Shown: positions 1-11,089, counted from the stretch's first letter. The stretch: 64,000 nucleotides of DNA from Acidimicrobiia bacterium (GCA_047459075.1 VSCH01000016.1:1017-65016), one strand, 5' to 3'. A program made the numbers and translations. Notes: generated from the sequence alone by a model not told the origin.

Positions 1-49
1 GATCTTGACGGTCGGGTGGCGTCGGGGCCGTCGACTACGGTCGCCCGCC

Positions 50-3000
50 GTGCGGTTCGGCGTGCTCCTCCCGATCACGGCGTGGACCGACGCCGGCGAG
101 GAGGTCCCGATCCAGGGCGTCAAGGTGCGGGCGGTGCTGGCCGACCTGGTCGTGCACGTCGGCGAGGCGGTGACCGCGGACCGGCTGGTGGACGACGTGT
201 GGGGCGAGAGCCCGGGCAGCCGCAACCCGGCGGGCACGCTGTCGTCGAAGGTGTCGCAGCTCCGGCGGGCCTTCGAGGCGGCCGAGCCGGGCGCCCGGTC
301 GCTGCTGCGGTCGCCGCCGCCGGGCTACGAGCTCGCCGTCGACCCGGCCGCCGTCGACGCCGTCCAGTTCACCCGGCTGCTCGACGAGGCCCGGGCGGCG
401 AGCGACCCGGCGGTCGTGGCCGCCACGCTCACCCGGGCGCTCGCCCTCTGGCGGGGGCCGGCCTACGGGGAGTTCGCCGACGCGCCCTTCGCCCGGGCCG
501 CCGCAGCCCGGCTGGAGGAGCAGCGCCTCACCGCCCACGAGCTGCTGGCTCGCAGCCGGCTCGAGCTCGGCGAGCACGCCGCGGTCGCCGACGAGCTGCG
601 CGAGCTGGTCGCGGCCCACCCCTGGCGCGAGGGGCTGCGGATGGCGCACGTCCTCGCCCTCTACCGCTCGGGGCGGCAGGCCGATGCGCTCGCCAGCTTC
701 GAGGAGTACCGCCGGGCCCTGCTCGAGGAGCTGGGCCTCGACCCCAGCCCGGAGGCGGCGGCGCTCCAGCACGCCATCCTCGTGCAGGACCCGTCGCTCG
801 CGCCGCCGGCGCCGGTCGCGCCCCGCCGGGCGGGCAACCTCCCCGCGCCCCGGACGGCGCTCGTCGGGCGCGAGGGCGACCTCGACGACGTGGTGGCGCT
901 GCTCGGGGGCGGCGCCCGGCTGGTCACGCTCACCGGGCCCGGGGGCGTCGGCAAGACGAGCCTGGCCCTGGAGGCGGCCCGCCGGGTGGCCGACCGCTTC
1001 GCCGACGGCGCGTGGTTGGTCGAGCTCGCCGGCCTCGAGCGGGGCGCCGGCGGGGGCTCGCCGGCGGTGGTCGCCGAGGTCGTCCTGGCCGCGCTGGCCA
1101 TCCGCCAGGCCGCCGAGGACCGGCCGGGGGTGACGCCGGTGGCCCGGCTGGCCGAGGCGCTGGCGGGCCGGCGCACGCTGCTGGTGCTCGACAACTGCGA
1201 GCACGTCGTCGACGCCGTCGCCCGCCTGGTGGACGAGCTGCTGCGCGCCGCCCCCGACGCCGTCGTGCTGGCGACGAGCCGGGAGCGCCTCGCCGTCGAG
1301 GGCGAGGTGGTCCGCACCGTCCGTCCGCTCGACGCGCCCGGCCCGGACCAGCAGCGCGACGTCGAGGCCGTCCGGCGGGCCAGCGCCGTCCGGCTGCTGG
1401 TCGAGCGGGCCCGGGCCGCCGGGGCCGAGGTCGACGTCGACGAGGCCTCGGCGCCGCTGCTCGCCACCCTGGTCCGCAGGCTCGACGGCCTGCCGCTGGC
1501 GCTCGAGCTCGCCGCCACGGTGGTGCCGGCCCTCGGGCTCGCCGAGGTCGCGAGCCGCCTCGGCGACCGGTTCTGGCTGCTCGGCGGGCGGCGCGGCGGC
1601 CCGGCCCGGCACCGGACCCTCGCGGCCGTCATCGGCTGGAGCTGGGACCTGTTGGACGAGGCCGAGCGGTGCCTGCTGCGGCGGCTGGCGGTGCACGCCG
1701 ACGGCTGGACGCTGGAGGCCGCGGTGGCGGTGGGCGCGGGCCCCGACCTGCCGGCCGCGGCGGTGCCCGGCGTGCTCGCCCGGCTGGTCGACCGCTCGCT
1801 CGTCGTGGCCGCCCACGGCCCGGCGGGGACCCGGTACCACCTGCTGGAGTCGGTGGCCGCCTACGCCGCCGAGCGACTGGCCGAGGCCGGCGAGGCCGGC
1901 GAGATCCGCGGCCGCCACCTGGACTTCCACCTGGCGCAGGCCGAGCGGGCGGCGGCGGGGCTGCACGGCGCCGCCCAGGGGCGGTGGCTCGGCCGGCTCG
2001 ACGCCGAGGGCGCCAACCTGCGCGCCGCCCTGGACACCGCGGTCGGCGGCGGCCGGACCGACGCCGCCCAGCGGCTGACCGCCGCCCTCGGCTGGTACTG
2101 GACGCTGCGGGGCCGGCTCGCGGAGGCCGCCCGCGCCCTCGACCGGTCCCTGGCACCGGGCGACGAGGGCGGAGCGGTGACGCCGGCGGCGGCGTGGTCG
2201 CGCGTGTGGCGGGCGGTCGTCGCCGCCCTGCGCGGCGATCCGGCGGCGGGGACGCACCGGGCCGCGGCGCTGGCGGCGGTCCCCGCCCTCGGCGATGCCG
2301 CCGCCGGCCGGGCCCTCGCCGTGCTCGCCTACACCGGTCTCCACGACGGCGAGGTCGAGGACGCCGGCTCGCTGCTGGCCGACGCCCGGGCGCGGTGCGC
2401 GGCGGCGAGGGACGGCTGGGGCGAGGCGGTGGCCCTGGCCGGGCTGGCGGTCCTCCCGCACGCGCGCGCCGACGTCGGGGCCATGACCTCGGCCATCCGC
2501 CGGGCCGACCGGCTGTTCGCCGCGGCGGGGGACGGCTGGGGCCGGGCCGTGGTGGCCAACCTGCGGGCCGCGGCGGCCGAGCTGGCGGGCGACCTCGACG
2601 AGGCCGCCCGGGTCCTCGACCAGGGGCGCCGAGCGGCCGAGCGGCTCGGCCTCTGGAGCGAGGTGGCGACCAGCCTCGGGTGGTCGGCGTGGATCGACGT
2701 CGAGCGCGGCGAGCTCGACCGGGCACGGGAGGTCGCCCGCCGCGCGCTGCGGCTGGCCGACGAGCAGGGGGTGCGCTCGACCCGCATCCAGGCGGCGATG
2801 GCGCTCGCCTTCGCCGCCCGCCGGGCCGGCGACCTCGACACGGCCGAGGTGCACCTGCGCCGGCTCGTCGACTGGGCGGGCGAGGACCCCAGCGAGGCCG
2901 ACGCCGCCTACCTCACGACCGTGCTCGCCGAGCTGGGGCGGGTCACCGCTCGCCGGGGCGCGCCCGGCCCGGCCGCCGAGCTGCTGGTCCGGGCCCTCGA

Positions 3001-3415
3001 CCTGGCCCTGGCCCGGGGCTTCCCCCGGGACGCGGCCTTCGCGCTCCTGGGCGGCGCCCTCGTCGCCGCCCAGCAGGCCCGCTGGGAGGACGTCGCCCGC
3101 CTGATCGGCGCGGTCGATCGCCGGCTGGCCGACGCCGGCGTGGCGGCGTCGCCCTCGGAGCGGCAGGACATCGACGACCTCCGGGCGCGGGGCCGGGCGG
3201 CGTTGACCCGGGAGAGGTTCGACGAGCTGCGCCGCGAGGGCCGGGCCGCCGACCCGGCGACGGCACGCGCCCTGCTCCTGGCGGCCGGCGGGGCGCCGGG
3301 CGGGCGCGGGCCCGACCCTCAGACCTGGACGCCGGGCTCGCCGGCGACGACCGTCCACGTGCCGGCCGTGGTGACCGGCGAGTCGGGCACGAGCGTCGAC
3401 TCGGCCACCTGGTAG
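50..3415 (+). CDS. AfsR/SARP-family transcriptional regulator (OmpR-type wHTH + BTAD + NB-ARC P-loop ATPase + TPR-like C-terminal repeats)
   Basis: ORF 5..3415. N-terminus VRFGVLLP...[12 protein letters not shown]...LVDDVWGE resembles a SARP DNA-binding domain. BTAD-like helices ([47 protein letters not shown]). Walker [12 protein letters not shown] and LLVLDNCEH. Long Ala/Leu/Arg helical repeats follow. Start moved to GTG 50 by analogy with SARP N-termini; it lies close to the window edge, so the start is not secure. Confidence 0.8.
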   Translation: MRFGVLLPITAWTDAGEEVPIQGVKVRAVLADLVVHVGEAVTADRLVDDVWGESPGSRNPAGTLSSKVSQLRRAFEAAEPGARSLLRSPPPGYELAVDPAAVDAVQFTRLLDEARAASDPAVVAATLTRALALWRGPAYGEFADAPFARAAAARLEEQRLTAHELLARSRLELGEHAAVADELRELVAAHPWREGLRMAHVLALYRSGRQADALASFEEYRRALLEELGLDPSPEAAALQHAILVQDPSLAPPAPVAPRRAGNLPAPRTALVGREGDLDDVVALLGGGARLVTLTGPGGVGKTSLALEAARRVADRFADGAWLVELAGLERGAGGGSPAVVAEVVLAALAIRQAAEDRPGVTPVARLAEALAGRRTLLVLDNCEHVVDAVARLVDELLRAAPDAVVLATSRERLAVEGEVVRTVRPLDAPGPDQQRDVEAVRRASAVRLLVERARAAGAEVDVDEASAPLLATLVRRLDGLPLALELAATVVPALGLAEVASRLGDRFWLLGGRRGGPARHRTLAAVIGWSWDLLDEAERCLLRRLAVHADGWTLEAAVAVGAGPDLPAAAVPGVLARLVDRSLVVAAHGPAGTRYHLLESVAAYAAERLAEAGEAGEIRGRHLDFHLAQAERAAAGLHGAAQGRWLGRLDAEGANLRAALDTAVGGGRTDAAQRLTAALGWYWTLRGRLAEAARALDRSLAPGDEGGAVTPAAAWSRVWRAVVAALRGDPAAGTHRAAALAAVPALGDAAAGRALAVLAYTGLHDGEVEDAGSLLADARARCAAARDGWGEAVALAGLAVLPHARADVGAMTSAIRRADRLFAAAGDGWGRAVVANLRAAAAELAGDLDEAARVLDQGRRAAERLGLWSEVATSLGWSAWIDVERGELDRAREVARRALRLADEQGVRSTRIQAAMALAFAARRAGDLDTAEVHLRRLVDWAGEDPSEADAAYLTTVLAELGRVTARRGAPGPAAELLVRALDLALARGFPRDAAFALLGGALVAAQQARWEDVARLIGAVDRRLADAGVAASPSERQDIDDLRARGRAALTRERFDELRREGRAADPATARALLLAAGGAPGGRGPDPQTWTPGSPATTVHVPAVVTGESGTSVDSATW

Positions 3416-4923
3416 CGGGCCACCAGCTCCGTCCCGGTGGCCTCGGCCACCATGTAGCCCCGCCGCCGGGTGTCGGCGAAGTGCACGTGGGGCAGCTGGC
3501 GGATGAGCTGCTCGGCCACGTCCTCCAGCCCGGCGGGGAAGGTCGAGCTGATCGAGCCGCCGACCAGCTCGACGCCCCGGACCTCGGTCGAGGGCGAGCC
3601 GTCGGGCAGCTCGTCGACGAGGTCGCCGACGCCGGCCGCGTGGATGTCGCCGGTGACGACGACCGGGTTGACGACCCCGCCCTCGTCGAGCAGCTGGAGC
3701 AGCCGCCGCCGGGCGTGGGGGTAGCCGTCCCACTGGTCGGGGTTGTAGAGGGAGCCCGCGAAGGGCATCGACGTCATGACGACCTGGTTGGCGATGACGT
3801 CCCAGGTGGCGCGGGAGGTGGCGAAGCTCCGGGCCAGCCACGCCTCCTGCTCGGCCCCGAGCAGCGTGCGACCCTCCCGGGTGCGCTCGTCGCAGGTGGG
3901 GCCGAGGCTGCCGGTGCAGGCCTGGGGGTCGCGGTACTGGCGGGTGTCGAGCACGTGGAACCTCGCCAGCCGGCCCCAGTCGAACGCCCGGTGGATGCGC
4001 AGGTGGGGGCCGTCCGGCGGTGGCACCCGCACGGGCTGGTGCTCCCACCAGGCCTGGTAGGCGGCGGCCCGGCGGGCGGCGAAGGCCGGCGCCTCGGCGG
4101 GGTCCTCCGGCACGAGGCCGGCGTAGTTGTTCTCGACCTCGTGGTCGTCCCAGGTGACGACCCACGGGCAGGCGGCGTGGGCGGCCTGGAGGGCGGGGTC
4201 GCCCTTGTAGAGGCCGTAGCGGTTCCGGTACTCCTCCAGCGTCCGCACCTCGGCGCTGTTGTGCGGGCGCACCGCGCTCGCGCTGACGCCGCCCTCGTAG
4301 ATGTAGTCACCGAGGTGCACCACGAGGTCGGGGTCCTCGGACGGGGCGTGGGCCCACAGCGGCCAGTGGCCCTGCTGCCAGTTCTGGCAGCTGGCGAAGA
4401 GGAACCGCAGCGGGTCCCGCCGGTGGCCGGGGGCGGGGGCCGTGCGGGTGCGCCCGACCGGGCTGACCTCGTCGCCGACGACGAACCGGTAGTGGTACCA
4501 GCGGGCGGGGGCGAGCCCGCCGACGTCGACGTGCACCGAGTGCCCCCAGGCGGGCGAGGCGACGGCGGTGCCCGACCGCACGACGCGACGGAAGGCGTCG
4601 TCGTGGGCGACCTCCCAGCGCACCGGCACGTCGACGGCCGGCATGCCCCCGCCCTCGAGCGGCGCCGGCGCCAGGCGGGTCCACAGCACGACCCGGTGGG
4701 GCAGGGGGTCGCCGGAGGCGACGCCCAGGCGGAAGAGCCCGTCGGGCAGCCGGGCGGGGGGCTGCGGCGGCCGGTGGCAGCCGGGGCGCCCCCAGCCGAC
4801 GATCGGCAGCGTGGCCCCGAGCGCCAGCGCACCGGTGAGGAACCGCCGGCGGGTCGCCGCCGGGGGCCGACCCGGGTCCGGGTCGGGGTGGGACGTCGGA
4901 CGGTCGTCGGCGTGGCTGGTCAT
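3319..4923 (-). CDS. phoD: PhoD-family alkaline phosphatase / phosphodiesterase, Tat-exported
   Basis: ORF 3319..4962 (-). Start set to ATG 4923 (MTSHADD). Twin-arginine signal [14 protein letters not shown]. PhoD-type motifs [43 protein letters not shown]. Clear paralog of 23029..24663. Confidence 0.85.
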   Translation of the reverse strand: MTSHADDRPTSHPDPDPGRPPAATRRRFLTGALALGATLPIVGWGRPGCHRPPQPPARLPDGLFRLGVASGDPLPHRVVLWTRLAPAPLEGGGMPAVDVPVRWEVAHDDAFRRVVRSGTAVASPAWGHSVHVDVGGLAPARWYHYRFVVGDEVSPVGRTRTAPAPGHRRDPLRFLFASCQNWQQGHWPLWAHAPSEDPDLVVHLGDYIYEGGVSASAVRPHNSAEVRTLEEYRNRYGLYKGDPALQAAHAACPWVVTWDDHEVENNYAGLVPEDPAEAPAFAARRAAAYQAWWEHQPVRVPPPDGPHLRIHRAFDWGRLARFHVLDTRQYRDPQACTGSLGPTCDERTREGRTLLGAEQEAWLARSFATSRATWDVIANQVVMTSMPFAGSLYNPDQWDGYPHARRRLLQLLDEGGVVNPVVVTGDIHAAGVGDLVDELPDGSPSTEVRGVELVGGSISSTFPAGLEDVAEQLIRQLPHVHFADTRRRGYMVAEATGTELVARYQVAESTLVPDSPVTTAGTWTVVAGEPGVQV

Positions 4924-5091
4924 GCGCCTCCCCCCTCGCGCACCCCTCGTCGCGCCCCGCACGGGGCCGCCGGCGGGGACCCTAGCGGCACAGGGGTGCC
5001 ACGCGCGGCCGTCGCGATCCGCTACGGTGGCGGCCGCGTCGGGCGCGGCCTCGCCGGGCCCTGGACCTGCTCGTGCCGCCGCGCCCGGAGT

Positions 5092-5119
5092 TTGCCTCCA
5101 CCACGCGCCGCGCTAGCAT
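5092..5119 (+). promoter_or_regulatory. Candidate sigma-70-type promoter for the infA-rpmJ-rpsM... operon
   Basis: TTGCCT (5092-5097), 16-nt spacer, TAGCAT (5114-5119), in the divergent phoD/infA intergenic region. Guess from sequence only. Confidence 0.3.
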
Positions 5120-5202
5120 GTTCAGTCGGCTCTCGGCGCTACTGGTTGTTTCCGCGCGTCTTCGGCCACCCTCGTTCCCCAACACGTGTAGGAGCATCCG
5201 CC

Positions 5203-5427
5203 CTGCCGAAACCAAAGGAAGATGCGATCGTCATGGAGGGGACCGTCGTGGAGCCCCTCCCCAACGCGATGTTCCGTGTCGAGCTCGAGAACGGCCACCA
5301 GGTGCTGGCCCACATCTCCGGCAAGATGCGGATGCACTACATCCGCATCCTCCCTGGTGACCGGGTGCAGGTGGAGCTCACGCCCTACGACCTCACCAGG
5401 GGTCGCATCACCTATCGCTACAAGTGA
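5203..5427 (+). CDS. infA: Translation initiation factor IF-1
   Basis: The tail of ORF 16..5427 reads (L)[73 protein letters not shown], an IF-1 S1 fold. The conserved K-E-D-x-I N-terminus lies upstream of the first ATG (5233). The only in-frame start-like codon behind AGGAG (5190-5194) is CTG 5203, at 8-nt spacing. Alternative start: ATG 5233. Confidence 0.9.
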   Translation: MPKPKEDAIVMEGTVVEPLPNAMFRVELENGHQVLAHISGKMRMHYIRILPGDRVQVELTPYDLTRGRITYRYK

Positions 5428-5436
5428 CGGAGCGCC

Positions 5437-5550
5437 ATGAAGGTACGTCCGAGCGTCAAGCCCATCTGTGAGAAGTGCAAGGTGATCCGCCGCCACGGGC
5501 GCGTGCGGGTCATCTGCCCCAACCCGCGCCACAAGCAGCGCCAGGGCTAG
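5437..5550 (+). CDS. rpmJ: 50S ribosomal protein L36
   Basis: Absent from the ORF track because it is too short. ATG 5437 to TAG 5550 encodes [37 protein letters not shown], a zinc-ribbon pattern. Canonical infA-rpmJ-rpsM order. Confidence 0.9.
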   Translation: MKVRPSVKPICEKCKVIRRHGRVRVICPNPRHKQRQG

Positions 5551-5568
5551 AGGAGACCCCCCGCATCC

Positions 5569-5946
5569 ATGGCACGCATCGCCGGCGTCGACATCCCCCG
5601 CGACAAGCGGCTCGAGATCTCCCTCACCTACATCTTCGGCATCGGGCGCACGCGGTCGAAGGAGATCTGCGCCGCCCTCGACATCGACCCCGACACCCGG
5701 GTGCGCGACCTCACCGACGACGAGGTGGCGCGCATCCGCAACCACATCGAGGCCAACTACAAGGTCGAGGGCGACCTCCGGCGCGAGATCCAGCAGGACA
5801 TCAAGCGCAAGATGGAGATCGGCTGCTGGCAGGGCCTCCGTCACCGCCGGGGCCTGCCCGTGCGCGGTCAGCGCACCCAGACCAACGCCCGCACCCGCAA
5901 GGGCCCGAGGAAGACCGTCGCCGGGAAGAAGAAGGTCCGCAAGTAA
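5569..5946 (+). CDS. rpsM: 30S ribosomal protein S13
   Basis: [34 protein letters not shown]..., basic C-terminal tail. Conserved operon position. Confidence 0.97.
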   Translation: MARIAGVDIPRDKRLEISLTYIFGIGRTRSKEICAALDIDPDTRVRDLTDDEVARIRNHIEANYKVEGDLRREIQQDIKRKMEIGCWQGLRHRRGLPVRGQRTQTNARTRKGPRKTVAGKKKVRK

Positions 5947-6347
5947 TGGCGAAGCCCAAGTCGGCAGGGGGGCGCCGCCCCCGCAAGCGCGAGCGCAAGA
6001 ACGTCACGCACGGCATCGCGCACATCAAGAGCAGCTTCAACAACACGATCATCACCTTCACCGACCAGGCCGGGAACGTGCTGTCGTGGGCCTCGGCCGG
6101 CAACGTCGGGTTCAAGGGCTCGCGCAAGTCGACGCCCTACGCCGCGCAGACCGCCGCCGAGGCCGCCGCCCGCCGGGCGATGGAGCACGGTGTCCGCAAG
6201 GTCGACGTGCAGGTCAAGGGCCCGGGGTCGGGGCGCGAGACGGCCATCCGCTCGATCCAGAACGTCGGCATCGAGGTCACCGGCATCAAGGACGTCACCC
6301 CTGTCCCCCACAACGGCTGCCGCCCGCCGAAGCGGCGCCGCGTCTGA
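5946..6347 (+). CDS. rpsK: 30S ribosomal protein S11
   Basis: ATG 5946 overlaps the rpsM TAA by 1 nt (TAATG). [40 protein letters not shown]...[13 protein letters not shown]. Confidence 0.97.
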   Translation: MAKPKSAGGRRPRKRERKNVTHGIAHIKSSFNNTIITFTDQAGNVLSWASAGNVGFKGSRKSTPYAAQTAAEAAARRAMEHGVRKVDVQVKGPGSGRETAIRSIQNVGIEVTGIKDVTPVPHNGCRPPKRRRV

Positions 6348-6359
6348 GGTAACCCACGC

Positions 6360-6974
6360 ATGTCGCGCTACACCGGACCCAAGGCACGCATCTCCCGCCG
6401 CCTCGGCACCAACATCTGGGGCACGGCGGGCGAGAGCCGGGCGCTCGAGCGCCGGCCCTACCCGCCGGGCGAGCACGGCCGCAGCCGCCGGCGCAACGCC
6501 AGCGAGTACCTGCTGCAGCTCCAGGAGAAGCAGAAGGCCCGCTTCACCTACGGCCTCAACGAGCGCCAGTTCCGCAACCTCTTCGAGGAGGCGAACCGGC
6601 GCAAGGGCGTCACCGGCGAGCTGATGCTCCAGCTGCTCGAGCGGCGCCTGGACAACATCGTCTACCGGGCGGGGTGGGCCTCGACCCGGCCCCAGGCCCG
6701 GCAGTTCGTCAGCCACGGGCACATCAACGTCAACGGCAAGCGGGTGAACATCCCCAGCTACCGGGTCCGCAAGGGCGACGTCATCTCGCTGCGCCCCAAG
6801 GCGCGCCAGATGGTCCAGATCCAGTGGAACCGCGACGTGCTGGCGCGCACGCCACCGGCGTGGCTCGACGTCGAGGACGACGGCAACGCGGTGCGGGTGC
6901 GCGAGTACCCCGTGCGCGAGCAGATCGACGTGCCCGTGCGCGAGCAGCTCATCGTCGAGCTCTACAGCAAGTAG
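6360..6974 (+). CDS. rpsD: 30S ribosomal protein S4
   Basis: [16 protein letters not shown]...[16 protein letters not shown]..., S4 RNA-binding domain ([29 protein letters not shown]). Confidence 0.97.
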   Translation: MSRYTGPKARISRRLGTNIWGTAGESRALERRPYPPGEHGRSRRRNASEYLLQLQEKQKARFTYGLNERQFRNLFEEANRRKGVTGELMLQLLERRLDNIVYRAGWASTRPQARQFVSHGHINVNGKRVNIPSYRVRKGDVISLRPKARQMVQIQWNRDVLARTPPAWLDVEDDGNAVRVREYPVREQIDVPVREQLIVELYSK

Positions 6975-7011
6975 TCCCCCAACGACCCGTCAGCTACGAG
7001 GGAGCCTCCCG

Positions 7012-7950
7012 ATGCTGGTCATGCAGCGGCCCACGGTCGAGCCGATCGACGAGGAACAGGACAACCGCCAGCGGTTCGCGATCGGTCCGCTCGACCCCGG
7101 CTTCGGCCACACCCTCGGCAACGCGCTGCGCCGGACGCTCCTGTCGTCGATCCCCGGCGCGGCGATCACCCAGGTGCGCTTCGACGACGCCCTCCACGAG
7201 TTCGACACCATCCCGGGCGTCGTCGAGGACGTCACCGACATCATCCTCAACCTCAAGGACATCGTGCTCGTCTGCCACAGCGACGAGCCGGTGACCCTGC
7301 GGCTCGACGTGCGCGGCCCGGCGGACGTGACCGCCAAGGACATCCAGGTCACCTCCGACGTGGAGATCCTCAACGGCGACCTCCACCTGGCCACGCTCAA
7401 CAAGTCGGGCCGACTGGCCGCGGACATCACCGTCGCCCGCGGCCGCGGCTACCGGTCGGCGGAGGCGAACAAGACCTCCGACACGATCGGTGTCATCCCG
7501 GTCGACTCGATCTTCTCGCCGGTGCGGCGGGTCGCCTTCGAGGTCGAGCCCGCCCGCGTCGAGCAGTCCACCGAGTACGACCGGCTGGTCATCGACATCG
7601 AGACCGACGGTTCCGTCTCGCCCCGCGACGCGCTGGCCTCGGCCGGCGACACGCTGCGGTCGCTGGTCGGCCTCGTCGCCGACATGAGCGACGAGCCGCA
7701 GGGCCTCGAGCTGGGCGAGCTCCCGGTCACGAGCGCCGGCTCGCCCGACCTCGACCTGCCGATCGAGGACCTCGACCTCTCCGAGCGCCCCCGCAACTGC
7801 CTGAAGCGGGCGCAGATCAACACGATCGGCGAGCTCGTCACCAAGACCGAGGACGACCTGCTGGCCATCACCAACTTCGGCCAGAAGTCGCTCGACGAGG
7901 TCGTCGCCAAGCTGGACGAGCGGGGCCTCTCCCTGCGCACGAAGGACTAG
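7012..7950 (+). CDS. rpoA: DNA-directed RNA polymerase subunit alpha
   Basis: [32 protein letters not shown]..., C-terminal domain [23 protein letters not shown]. Confidence 0.97.
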   Translation: MLVMQRPTVEPIDEEQDNRQRFAIGPLDPGFGHTLGNALRRTLLSSIPGAAITQVRFDDALHEFDTIPGVVEDVTDIILNLKDIVLVCHSDEPVTLRLDVRGPADVTAKDIQVTSDVEILNGDLHLATLNKSGRLAADITVARGRGYRSAEANKTSDTIGVIPVDSIFSPVRRVAFEVEPARVEQSTEYDRLVIDIETDGSVSPRDALASAGDTLRSLVGLVADMSDEPQGLELGELPVTSAGSPDLDLPIEDLDLSERPRNCLKRAQINTIGELVTKTEDDLLAITNFGQKSLDEVVAKLDERGLSLRTKD

Positions 7951-7952
7951 CC

Positions 7953-8324
7953 ATGCCCGCCAAGCCAAAGAAGGGCCGCCGGTTCGGCGGCAGCGCCGCG
8001 CACCAGCGGCTGATGATGGCCAACCTGGCCGCCAGCCTCTTCGCCGCCGAGGGCATCGTCACGACCGAGGCCAAGGCCAAGGCGCTGCGGCCCATCGCCG
8101 AGAAGCTCATCACCAAGGCGCGCAAGGCCGACGCGAACCCCGAGCAGCGGCTCCACCAGATCCGCCAGGTCGTGGCCTTCCTCGGCGACCGCGAGATGAC
8201 GCACAAGCTCTTCACCGAGATCGGCCCGCGCTACGCCGACCGCAACGGCGGCTACACGCGGATCCTCAAGCTCGGGCCGCGCCAGGGCGACAACGCGCCC
8301 ATGGCCCGCATCGAGCTCGTCTGA
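7953..8324 (+). CDS. rplQ: 50S ribosomal protein L17
   Basis: [30 protein letters not shown]...[25 protein letters not shown]. Confidence 0.95.
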   Translation: MPAKPKKGRRFGGSAAHQRLMMANLAASLFAAEGIVTTEAKAKALRPIAEKLITKARKADANPEQRLHQIRQVVAFLGDREMTHKLFTEIGPRYADRNGGYTRILKLGPRQGDNAPMARIELV

Positions 8325-8349
8325 CGCGCCGCGCCGCACGCCGACGTCG

Positions 8350-9177
8350 GTGACGCTCTTCGAGCTGCCCGACAGCCCAGCGGCCCCCGAGGGGCCGCTG
8401 GTCCGCGTTCGCATGACCGTCGCCTACGACGGGTCGGGCTTCCACGGGTTCGCCCCCAACCCCGGCGTCGAGACCGTCGGCGGCACGCTGGCGGCGGCCA
8501 TCGAGCGCGTGCTGCGGGCGCCCGTCCAGCTCACCTGCGCCGGCCGCACCGACACCGGCGTGCACGCCTGGGGTCAGGTGGTCAGCTTCGACGCCCCGGC
8601 CGACCGCTTCGACCCGCTCGTGCTGCAGCGGTCGGTCAACCGGCTGTGCGGCCCCCGCATCGTCGCCCGCGAGGTGGCCCGGGCGCCCGACGACTTCGAC
8701 GCCCGCCGCTCGGCGGTCAGCCGCACCTATCGGTACACGGTGCTCAACCGCCCGGTGCCCGACCCGTTCCTCGCCCACGTGTCATGGCACGTCGACGAGC
8801 CCCTCGACCTCGATCTGCTGCGGCTGGGGAGCGACCCGTTCGTCGGCGAGCACGACTTCTCGGCGTTCTGCCGCCGCCCCCGGCACCGCGACGGCTCGCC
8901 GGCGTCGCTCGTGCGCCGGGTGCTGCGCGCCGGCTGGGACGACCTCGGCGACGGCGTGCTGCGCTTCGAGATCCAGGCCAACGCCTTCTGCCACCAGATG
9001 ATCCGCAGCATCGTCGGCACGCTGGTCGACGTGGGCGCGGGGCGGCGCCGCCCCGGCGAGGTGCTCGGCATCCTGGCCAGCCGCGACCGCGCCCGGGCCT
9101 CACAGCTCGCGCCGCCCCAGGGCCTGTGCCTGTGGGCGGTCGAGTACCCCGACGAGGCGCTGCGGCCCCTGCCCTGA
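8350..9177 (+). CDS. truA: tRNA pseudouridine(38-40) synthase TruA
   Basis: GTG start. VRMTVAYDGSGFHGF, catalytic Asp motif GRTDTGVHAWGQV, FCHQMIRSIVG. Follows rplQ, as in most bacteria. Confidence 0.9.
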   Translation: MTLFELPDSPAAPEGPLVRVRMTVAYDGSGFHGFAPNPGVETVGGTLAAAIERVLRAPVQLTCAGRTDTGVHAWGQVVSFDAPADRFDPLVLQRSVNRLCGPRIVAREVARAPDDFDARRSAVSRTYRYTVLNRPVPDPFLAHVSWHVDEPLDLDLLRLGSDPFVGEHDFSAFCRRPRHRDGSPASLVRRVLRAGWDDLGDGVLRFEIQANAFCHQMIRSIVGTLVDVGAGRRRPGEVLGILASRDRARASQLAPPQGLCLWAVEYPDEALRPLP

Positions 9178-9187
9178 TCGGCGGCGG

Positions 9188-9928
9188 TCAGGCGGCGGCC
9201 TCGGGGCCGGCGCCGGCGTCGGCGCGCCGCCCCGGCCACGGGCCGGCCACGCCGAAGACCGCCAGCGCGACCGCGCCGCAGGCGGTGCCCAACCCCGCGC
9301 CCCCGACGACGTCGAGGGGCAGGTGGACGCCCACGTGCACGCGGGCGACGCCCACCAGGGCGGCGAGCGGGTAGGGCAGCAGCCGCCACCGCCCCGGCAG
9401 CACGGCGACCAGCGTCGTCGCCAGGGCGAAGCCCACCGCCGTGTGGCCCGACACGAACCCGTTGCTCTCGCGCCACCCCTCGCGCAGCTCGACGCCGTGC
9501 AGCAGCTCGACCGGGCGCCCCCGGCCGGCCGTCTCCTTGACCAGCCAGGCGCCGACCCAGGCGAGCGCCACCGCCGACGCCGTGGCCGCCGCCGGCTGCC
9601 AGCGGCGGCCCACGACGAGCACCGCGACGGCGCACGCCAGCCCCACCGTCGTCGTGCCCGCCTGCATGACGGGCCACAGCGGCCAGCGCAGCCGGTCGGG
9701 CCAGCCGTTCACCGTCCGGAACAGCGACTCCTCCCACCCGGGCACCACCTGGACGGGGTCGCCGAGCAGCAGCCAGGACACGGCGAGGGCGACCACGCCG
9801 GCGCCGGCCAGGGCGAGGGCGGTCGTGCCCGCCATGCCCGGGCGGCGGGCGGCCGGGGCGTCCTCGGGTCGCTCCTCCGGCTCCCGGGCGCCGGCCGGCG
9901 GCGTGGGCGAGGGGTGCGTCTCGGACAT
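9188..9928 (-). CDS. PAP2-family membrane phosphatase
   Basis: ORF 9188..10144 (-) trimmed to ATG 9928 (MSETHP). Acid-phosphatase motifs KETAGRGRP, SGHT, ARVHVGVHLPLDV. Several TM helices. Confidence 0.75.
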   Translation of the reverse strand: MSETHPSPTPPAGAREPEERPEDAPAARRPGMAGTTALALAGAGVVALAVSWLLLGDPVQVVPGWEESLFRTVNGWPDRLRWPLWPVMQAGTTTVGLACAVAVLVVGRRWQPAAATASAVALAWVGAWLVKETAGRGRPVELLHGVELREGWRESNGFVSGHTAVGFALATTLVAVLPGRWRLLPYPLAALVGVARVHVGVHLPLDVVGGAGLGTACGAVALAVFGVAGPWPGRRADAGAGPEAAA

Positions 9929-10147
9929 CGGGCCGCCAGCGTCGCGCACGCCGGGGACCGCGCGCCCACCGGGTGCCCCGGGCGGCCGCCGCGGCCGGCT
10001 ACGCTGTCCGGCGGTCGCCGTCCCGGCACGGCGCGCGGCCGTGCGCCCGGCGCACGTTTGCCGTCGGGACCGCCGTGGCCGTAGGCTTGTCCGTCGCCCT
10101 CGCCGCGCCGCGCCCCGCGCGCGCGGCGGTCGCACCCCGAGCACTCC

Positions 10148-10615
10148 ATGAAGGTGGCACGCGTGCCCACGTACACCCCGAAAGCCTCAGAGATCCAGCG
10201 GGCCTGGTACGTCGTGGACGCCGAGGGCATGGTCCTCGGTCGCCTGGCGAGCGAGGTCGCCCGCATCCTGCGGGGCAAGCACAAGCCGATCTTCTCGCCC
10301 CACATCGACACCGGCGACCACGTCATCGTCGTGAACGCCGACAAGGTCGTGCTCACGGCGGGCAAGGCCGACCGCAAGGTCATCTGGCGGCACTCGGGCT
10401 ACCCGGGCGGCATCCGCTCCGAGACCTTCGCCCAGCTGCACCGCCGCAAGCCGGAGGAGGCCGTCCGCCGGGCGGTGCGCGGCATGCTGCCGAAGAACCG
10501 CCTCGGCCGGCGCCAGCTCACCAAGCTGAAGGTCTACGCCGGCCCGACGCACCCGCACGCCGCCCAGAAGCCCCAGCCCCTCGAGGTGGCGCACGCCCGC
10601 CACCGCCCCGCCTGA
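10148..10615 (+). CDS. rplM: 50S ribosomal protein L13
   Basis: (MKVAR)[42 protein letters not shown]... The start may instead be GTG 10163. Confidence 0.95.
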   Translation: MKVARVPTYTPKASEIQRAWYVVDAEGMVLGRLASEVARILRGKHKPIFSPHIDTGDHVIVVNADKVVLTAGKADRKVIWRHSGYPGGIRSETFAQLHRRKPEEAVRRAVRGMLPKNRLGRRQLTKLKVYAGPTHPHAAQKPQPLEVAHARHRPA

Positions 10616-10636
10616 CCACCAGAGGACGCCTGACCG

Positions 10637-11029
10637 ATGCCTGCTCCACTCGTGCAGACCACCGGCCGCCGCAAGGGCGCCGTCGCCCGCGTCCGGCTGC
10701 GCCCCGGCTCCGGGAAGATCACGATCAACGGTCGCGACCTCGAGAGCTACTTCCCGTCGCGGACGCACCGCATGATGCTCACCGAGCCGCTGCGGCTCAC
10801 CGACACGGCCGAGGCCTACGACATCGACGCCACCCTGCGCGGCGGCGGCGTGTCCGGCCAGGCCGGGGCGCTCCGGCTCGGCATCGCCCGCGCGCTCGTC
10901 GAGCTCGACCCCGAGCTGCGGGTCCCGCTCAAGCGGGCGGGCTTCCTCACCCGCGACCCGCGGGTGAAGGAGTCGAAGAAGTACGGCCTGAAGAAGGCCC
11001 GCAAGGCGCCGCAGTACAGCAAGCGCTGA
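10637..11029 (+). CDS. rpsI: 30S ribosomal protein S9
   Basis: [26 protein letters not shown]...[19 protein letters not shown]...[12 protein letters not shown]. Confidence 0.95.
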   Translation: MPAPLVQTTGRRKGAVARVRLRPGSGKITINGRDLESYFPSRTHRMMLTEPLRLTDTAEAYDIDATLRGGGVSGQAGALRLGIARALVELDPELRVPLKRAGFLTRDPRVKESKKYGLKKARKAPQYSKR

Positions 11030-11061
11030 CCGCGGGCTGCACCGCCACGCGGGTCGTGTCG

Positions 11062-11089
11062 CTGGCCGGCTCCTGCGGGGGCCGGCCAG
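11062..11089 (+). terminator. GC-rich hairpin after rpsI (possible terminator or attenuator before glmM)
   Basis: CTGGCCGGC (11062-11070) pairs perfectly with GCCGGCCAG (11081-11089) across a 10-nt loop. The sequence after it is only weakly T-containing. Confidence 0.35.

Noticed and set aside
50-3415. The NB-ARC/TPR STAND protein considered as an anti-phage (Avs-like) defence sensor.
   Set aside because: The N-terminal module is a SARP-type winged-helix plus BTAD DNA-binding domain, not a nuclease, protease or other effector. The architecture matches AfsR-like transcription regulators.
4924-5202. PhoP-type PHO boxes (direct repeats of the GTTCACC type) upstream of phoD here and at 22958..23028.
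   Set aside because: I found no convincing direct-repeat units by eye in either upstream region. The organism's own PHO-box consensus is unknown.
16-5427. Very long ORFs in alternative or antisense frames. Examples: 16..5427 (1803 aa), 35..4165 (-), 12589..16494 (-), 34844..38536 (+), 41077..44229 (-) and 55235..57484 (-).
   Set aside because: Their translations are Arg/Pro/Gly/Ala-rich nonsense with no motifs, and they overlap genes with clear family signatures. Stop codons are rare in every frame of such GC-rich DNA. Only their short terminal portions, such as infA at the end of 16..5427, are real.
10040-10059. A short hairpin (CGTGCGC-ccg-GCGCACG) followed by TTT upstream of rplM, considered as a ribosomal-protein leader or attenuator.
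   Set aside because: The stem is only 7 bp with a 3-nt loop, and the T-run is 3 nt. Such hairpins arise by chance in GC-rich intergenic DNA. I recognised no known L13-leader features.
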